A stretch of DNA of 63,899 bases, filler included. It is 8 parts of 8 records of this genome, joined end to end, with 100 filler letters (N's around TTAATTAATTAA, not from the genome) between each part and the next. Parts side by side here need not be neighbours in the genome. Positions count along the whole stretch, not along the records: positions 58,462 to 63,899 come from SRR31156797_33819; 7 more parts are not named here. One strand, given 5' to 3'. The notes beneath the pieces are model-generated. The model had not been told where the DNA came from. It searched no databases and saw only the letters and a list, made by a program, of their open reading frames with translations. The position numbers and the translations under genes were made by a program. Each line of letters starts with the position of its first letter. Position 1 is the first letter of the stretch. Of the stretch, positions 60,391-63,899 are shown one piece after another.

Positions 60391-62184
60391 TCACCCGGGC
60401 TCCTCTCCCAGGTTTGCATTGATCACCGGATGGTTTTTTCCCCAGTTCTCCTTTGTAAAGTCATCGGTCAAATCACTCTGTACCCGGCTTACGTCCAGGG
60501 CCAGTTCCGCCTTCTGCAACAGCCCCTCGTTTTCGTCCCATAACTCGCGCGCTTTCGAATCGTCGGCATCGACCCTGATCAGCCGATTGGATCGAACCAT
60601 CGGGTCGCCGAACAGGGTCTCGAGCGTACCCTTGCAGCCCATTTCCTCAAGCCGGAAATACAATCGATCGCGGGTCATGTCGGGGTTGTCCGACAGCACC
60701 TCGACCGTCTTCTGGCGCAAATCGTCCAGCGCCGGATCTTCGAAGGCCATGCGCCCCAAGCGCTCGCCGACCTCTTCGAACAGGGCCGGATGATTGACCA
60801 TCACGGCCAGCAGTTGGCAATGGATCAGCCGATTTCGATCGATCGGCTGACCGGCCGCCTTGACGACCGGTCCGGAAGCGGCCCCGGCGCGGCGGTTCGG
60901 CCCGCGGTTCCGGGCCGCCCGCGTGCCTTCCCAGACCCGGCTTTTCAGGAAGCTCAGGAAATGGCTTCGGACGATCGGATCGCCGATCCGGCTGGCCTTG
61001 GCTTCGAGCCGTTTCTGCAAGGCTGCAAAATCCTCGGGCGTGCGGATCTGTCTGTCGCCGGCCTCCATCCGCCACAGGACCTCGGAATAGGCTTGGGCAT
61101 TGGTCAGCACGTTTTCCATCGCCTCGCGGCCGCGGCTGCGGATCAGGCTGTCCGGGTCCTCGCCGGAAGGAAGTTCGGCGAAGCGCATGCCGAACCCGGC
61201 CTTGAGCAGCGGCAGGGCGCGTTCCGCAACTCTGAGGGCCGCCTTGCGCCCGGCCATGTCGCCGTCGAAACAGAGGATCGGCTCGGGCACCACCTTCCAC
61301 AGGATCTGGATCTGGTCTTCGGTCAGGGCCGTGCCCAACGGCGCCACCGCGTTTTCGAATCCGGCCTGATGCAGAGCGATCACGTCCATATATCCTTCGG
61401 TGACGACCATGCTGCCGGCGTCCCGCGCCGGGCGCAGGCTTTGGCCCAGACCGTACAGCACGTGGCGCTTGGTGAAGACGGCGGTCTCCGGCGAATTCAG
61501 GTATTTCGGCTCGCCGTCGCCCAGGATTCGGCCGCCGAAGGCGATAACCCGGCCGCGGCGATCGCTGATCGGGAAGATGACGCGGCCGCGGAAATAGTCA
61601 TAGGGCGCGCGTCCATCGTCGGGCTGGCGGATCAGTCCGCCAGCCAGCATCAGCTCCTCGGTGATGCCTTCCCGCGCCAGGGCGGCTTTCAGCCCGCCGC
61701 GGCCGTCGGGCGCGAAACCCAGCCGGAATTTGGCAATGGTTTCATCGGTCAGTCCGCGCTCCTGCAGATAGGCCAGCGCCCGCCTGCCTTCCGGCATGCG
61801 CAGGGTTTTCTCGAAATAGCCGGTGGCCGCGTCCAGCACCTCGATCAGGCCCTGGCGCGCCTGGTTGCGTTCGCGTTCCTCCGGCGAATCGACCGGCACT
61901 TCCATCCCCGCCTCGGCGGCCAGGCGTTCGACAGCCTCCGGAAAATTCAGCCCCTCGGTCTTCATCACGAAATCGATGACGTCGCCGTTTTCCCCGGATG
62001 AAAAGCAATGATAGAAGCCCTTGTCGGGCACCACCGTGAAGGACGGCGTTTTTTCCTGCTGAAACGGGCTCAGGCCGACATATTCGCGGCCGCGCCGGAT
62101 CAGCTTGACGCGCCGGCCGACGACGTCTTCCAACGAAACGCGGGCACGAAGCTCATCGAGAAACTGCGGTGAAAAAGAAGCCAT
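60391..62184 (-). CDS. dnaG: DNA primase
   Basis: Zn-domain variant GLSPF..EKTPSF..YHCFSSG, FGGR, KYLNSPET, EGYMDV, APLGTA, CFDGD.AG, DPD. Confidence 0.97.
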   Translation of the reverse strand: MASFSPQFLDELRARVSLEDVVGRRVKLIRRGREYVGLSPFQQEKTPSFTVVPDKGFYHCFSSGENGDVIDFVMKTEGLNFPEAVERLAAEAGMEVPVDSPEERERNQARQGLIEVLDAATGYFEKTLRMPEGRRALAYLQERGLTDETIAKFRLGFAPDGRGGLKAALAREGITEELMLAGGLIRQPDDGRAPYDYFRGRVIFPISDRRGRVIAFGGRILGDGEPKYLNSPETAVFTKRHVLYGLGQSLRPARDAGSMVVTEGYMDVIALHQAGFENAVAPLGTALTEDQIQILWKVVPEPILCFDGDMAGRKAALRVAERALPLLKAGFGMRFAELPSGEDPDSLIRSRGREAMENVLTNAQAYSEVLWRMEAGDRQIRTPEDFAALQKRLEAKASRIGDPIVRSHFLSFLKSRVWEGTRAARNRGPNRRAGAASGPVVKAAGQPIDRNRLIHCQLLAVMVNHPALFEEVGERLGRMAFEDPALDDLRQKTVEVLSDNPDMTRDRLYFRLEEMGCKGTLETLFGDPMVRSNRLIRVDADDSKARELWDENEGLLQKAELALDVSRVQSDLTDDFTKENWGKNHPVINANLGEEPG

Positions 62185-62330
62185 CCGTAAGTCCGTTGTC
62201 CAACCGTCCGCGCGAGCGTGCCTTGCCGGTCCCGAGCGGTTGCGGCTTGGCGGACTATAACGCCGGATCGAAAAATCAGGTGCTTGTTAATCGTGGGATT
62301 AACGGGGAAAAAACGGATCGGCCCTGTTTC

Positions 62331-62786
62331 TCAGCCGAGCTTCTGCTTGACCACGGCACTGGCCTTGGCGAAATCCATCTGCCCGGCAAAGCGTTCCTTC
62401 AGCGCCGCCATGGTCCGGCCCATGTCCTTCAGGCTGCTCGCACCGAGCTCGGCGATCACCCCGCCGACTGCGGTCGCCATGGCATCGTCGTCCATCTGCT
62501 CCGGCAGGAAGCCCTGGATGATCCCGATTTCCTGCTCTTCTTTTGTGGCCAGTTCATAGCGGCCGGCGGTTCGGTACATATCGATGCTGTCGCGGCGTTG
62601 CCGGATCATCGACTGCAGGAGTTCGAGGATCTCATCGTCGCCGATTCCGGACAGATCGCCCTTTGTGCGGGCGGCGATATCCCGGTCCTTCAGGGCGGCG
62701 ATGATAAGGCGCAGGGTCGAAACGCAAAGTTCGTCCTTCGCCTTCATCGAGGCCGACAGGCTTTCCTTCAAGCGGGTACGAATCAT
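62331..62786 (-). CDS. GatB/YqeY domain protein
   Basis: MKAKD....STLRLI.AA.KD.DI, QRRDS...Y...GR..LA..E, KDMG..M. Confidence 0.92.
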   Translation of the reverse strand: MIRTRLKESLSASMKAKDELCVSTLRLIIAALKDRDIAARTKGDLSGIGDDEILELLQSMIRQRRDSIDMYRTAGRYELATKEEQEIGIIQGFLPEQMDDDAMATAVGGVIAELGASSLKDMGRTMAALKERFAGQMDFAKASAVVKQKLG

Positions 62787-62906
62787 GCTCCTGGCTCCGC
62801 TCCCTCGCGAGAACCGGCAGACCGTAAACAAAGCGGGGCCAAATTGCAAATTCTTATTTCCGTTTAACGTATTGAAATAAATAGCGTTTTTTTATTCGTA
62901 CGGGGG

Positions 62907-62935
62907 TTGACCGCGGCACGCATTTTGCTTATCAA
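62907..62935 (+). promoter_or_regulatory. putative sigma70 promoter of carA
   Basis: TTGACC-N17-TATCAA with an AT-rich upstream tract. Confidence 0.5.
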
Positions 62936-63012
62936 ATCGCCGATTTCGCGCATCGCCGTTCTGCCCAAGGTTTTCAAAGGGCACAACCGCTTCTGGCCTT
63001 CCAGGGGCGACG

Positions 63013-63054
63013 AAAGCCGAGCCGGACGATAAATGCGTCGGGGCGGCTTTTTTT
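63013..63054 (+). terminator. terminator-like hairpin in the carA leader (possible attenuator)
   Basis: AAAGCCG...GACG-loop-CGTC...CGGCTTT with a T7 tract ending 15 nt before the carA ATG. Confidence 0.55.
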
Positions 63055-63069
63055 GGAACCTGCACGGTC

Positions 63070-63899
63070 ATGACCCTTTCACTGCAAGCTAACGTTCGCC
63101 CGCCTTACGCCAACGCCGCTCTGGTTCTCGGCGACGGCGAGGTTTTCTGGGGAATCGGCGCCGGCAATCCGGGCCTGTCGGTCGGCGAGGTCTGTTTCAA
63201 CACCTCGATCACCGGCTATCAGGAAATCCTGACCGATCCGTCCTACGCCGGGCAGATCATCAATTTCACGTTCCCGCATATCGGCAATGTCGGCACCAAT
63301 TCCGAGGATATCGAAACATTGACGCCGGCGGCGCGCGGCTGCGTGCTCGGCGCCGCCATCACCGAGCCGAGCAACTGGCGGGCCGCCAGGCATCTCGACG
63401 AATGGTTGCTATCCTTCGGCATGACGGCGCTGACCGGCGTCGATACACGGCGCCTGACCCGGCGAATTCGCGATAAGGGCGCCCCAAACGGCGCCCTTGT
63501 TTTTGACCCCTCCGGCGATATCGACATCGAGGCCGCCTTCGCCACCGCCCGCGACTGGCCCGGCCTGGAAGGCATGGATCTGGCCAAGGATGTGACCTGC
63601 GCCCAGACCATAAGCTGGGACGAATCAGCCTGGTCGATCGCCGGCGGCTACGGCCGGCAGGAAAATCCGAAGCATCATGTCGTCGCGATCGATTTCGGGG
63701 CCAAGCGCAACATCCTGCGCTGTCTGGCCAATGCCGGCTGCCGGGTCACCGTCGTCAAGGCGACCAGCAGCGCCGACGAGGTCCTGGCCCACCAACCCGA
63801 CGGCGTCTTCCTGTCGAACGGGCCGGGCGATCCGGCGGCGACCGGCGACTATGCGGTGCCGATGATCCAGGGTCTGTTGGAAAAGAACCTTCCGGTCTT
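63070..63899 (+). CDS. carA: carbamoyl-phosphate synthase small subunit, 3'-truncated
   Basis: Manual translation: [61 protein letters not shown]. Absent from the ORF track because there is no stop in the window. Confidence 0.97.
   Translation, partial: MTLSLQANVRPPYANAALVLGDGEVFWGIGAGNPGLSVGEVCFNTSITGYQEILTDPSYAGQIINFTFPHIGNVGTNSEDIETLTPAARGCVLGAAITEPSNWRAARHLDEWLLSFGMTALTGVDTRRLTRRIRDKGAPNGALVFDPSGDIDIEAAFATARDWPGLEGMDLAKDVTCAQTISWDESAWSIAGGYGRQENPKHHVVAIDFGAKRNILRCLANAGCRVTVVKATSSADEVLAHQPDGVFLSNGPGDPAATGDYAVPMIQGLLEKNLPV

Noticed and set aside
62000-62080. DnaG zinc-binding domain lacking several Cys/His ligands as a pseudogene sign
   Set aside because: The GLSPF/CFSS variant is, to my knowledge, common in alphaproteobacterial primases, and the rest of the gene is intact.

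Overview
This window is not one locus. It is eight unrelated contig fragments joined by seven artificial 100-bp linkers (N44-TTAATTAATTAA-N44, with stops in all six frames), so gene neighbourhood means nothing across a linker. Taxonomic labels below are impressions from gene content and base composition. A (1-6050, AT-rich, Desulfobacterota-like): a TPR/glycosylation-type cluster made of a TPR + ceramidase-like + GSCFA fusion, a TPR-beta-propeller protein and a TPR/OGT-like protein. B (6151-14013): a zinc-limitation locus. znuA is intact and znuC-znuB is a deleted, fused pseudogene. A palindromic Zur-like operator sits before a divergent operon (hydantoinase-A-like ATPase, small Cys-His-Asp protein, COG0523 GTPase, COG0701 permease, TIGR03943 protein), followed by a cupin. 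C (14114-28823, Pseudodesulfovibrio-like): ydbH-ynbE-ydbL, an RluA-family synthase, lipoproteins, BON, NlpC/P60, YcjF-like, modABC-tsaA, otsA-like and groES-groEL, plus two palindromic repeat elements. D (28924-39218): a sigma54 activator, a -24/-12 promoter, a response regulator, cheW, an MCP, a hybrid kinase and cheA. E (39319-45146): a tRNA 5' fragment, DsbD, Fe-ADH, DUF2867-like, M24 peptidase, CoA-binding and YkgJ genes. F (45247-53152, GC-rich, spirochaete-like): ribE-ribBA-ribH, an atypical CLC, an oxidoreductase, a pentapeptide-repeat protein and an APC-EIIA fusion. G (53253-58361): an atu-like acyl-CoA degradation operon. H (58462-63899, alphaproteobacterial-like): rpoD, dnaG, yqeY and carA with a structured, terminator-containing leader. 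The best novelty candidates are the putative Zur-controlled hydantoinase/transglutaminase-like/COG0523 operon, the pseudo-ceramidase-GSCFA-TPR fusion, the CLC lacking its gating glutamate and the carA leader RNA. No CRISPR array, rRNA or transposase was seen.
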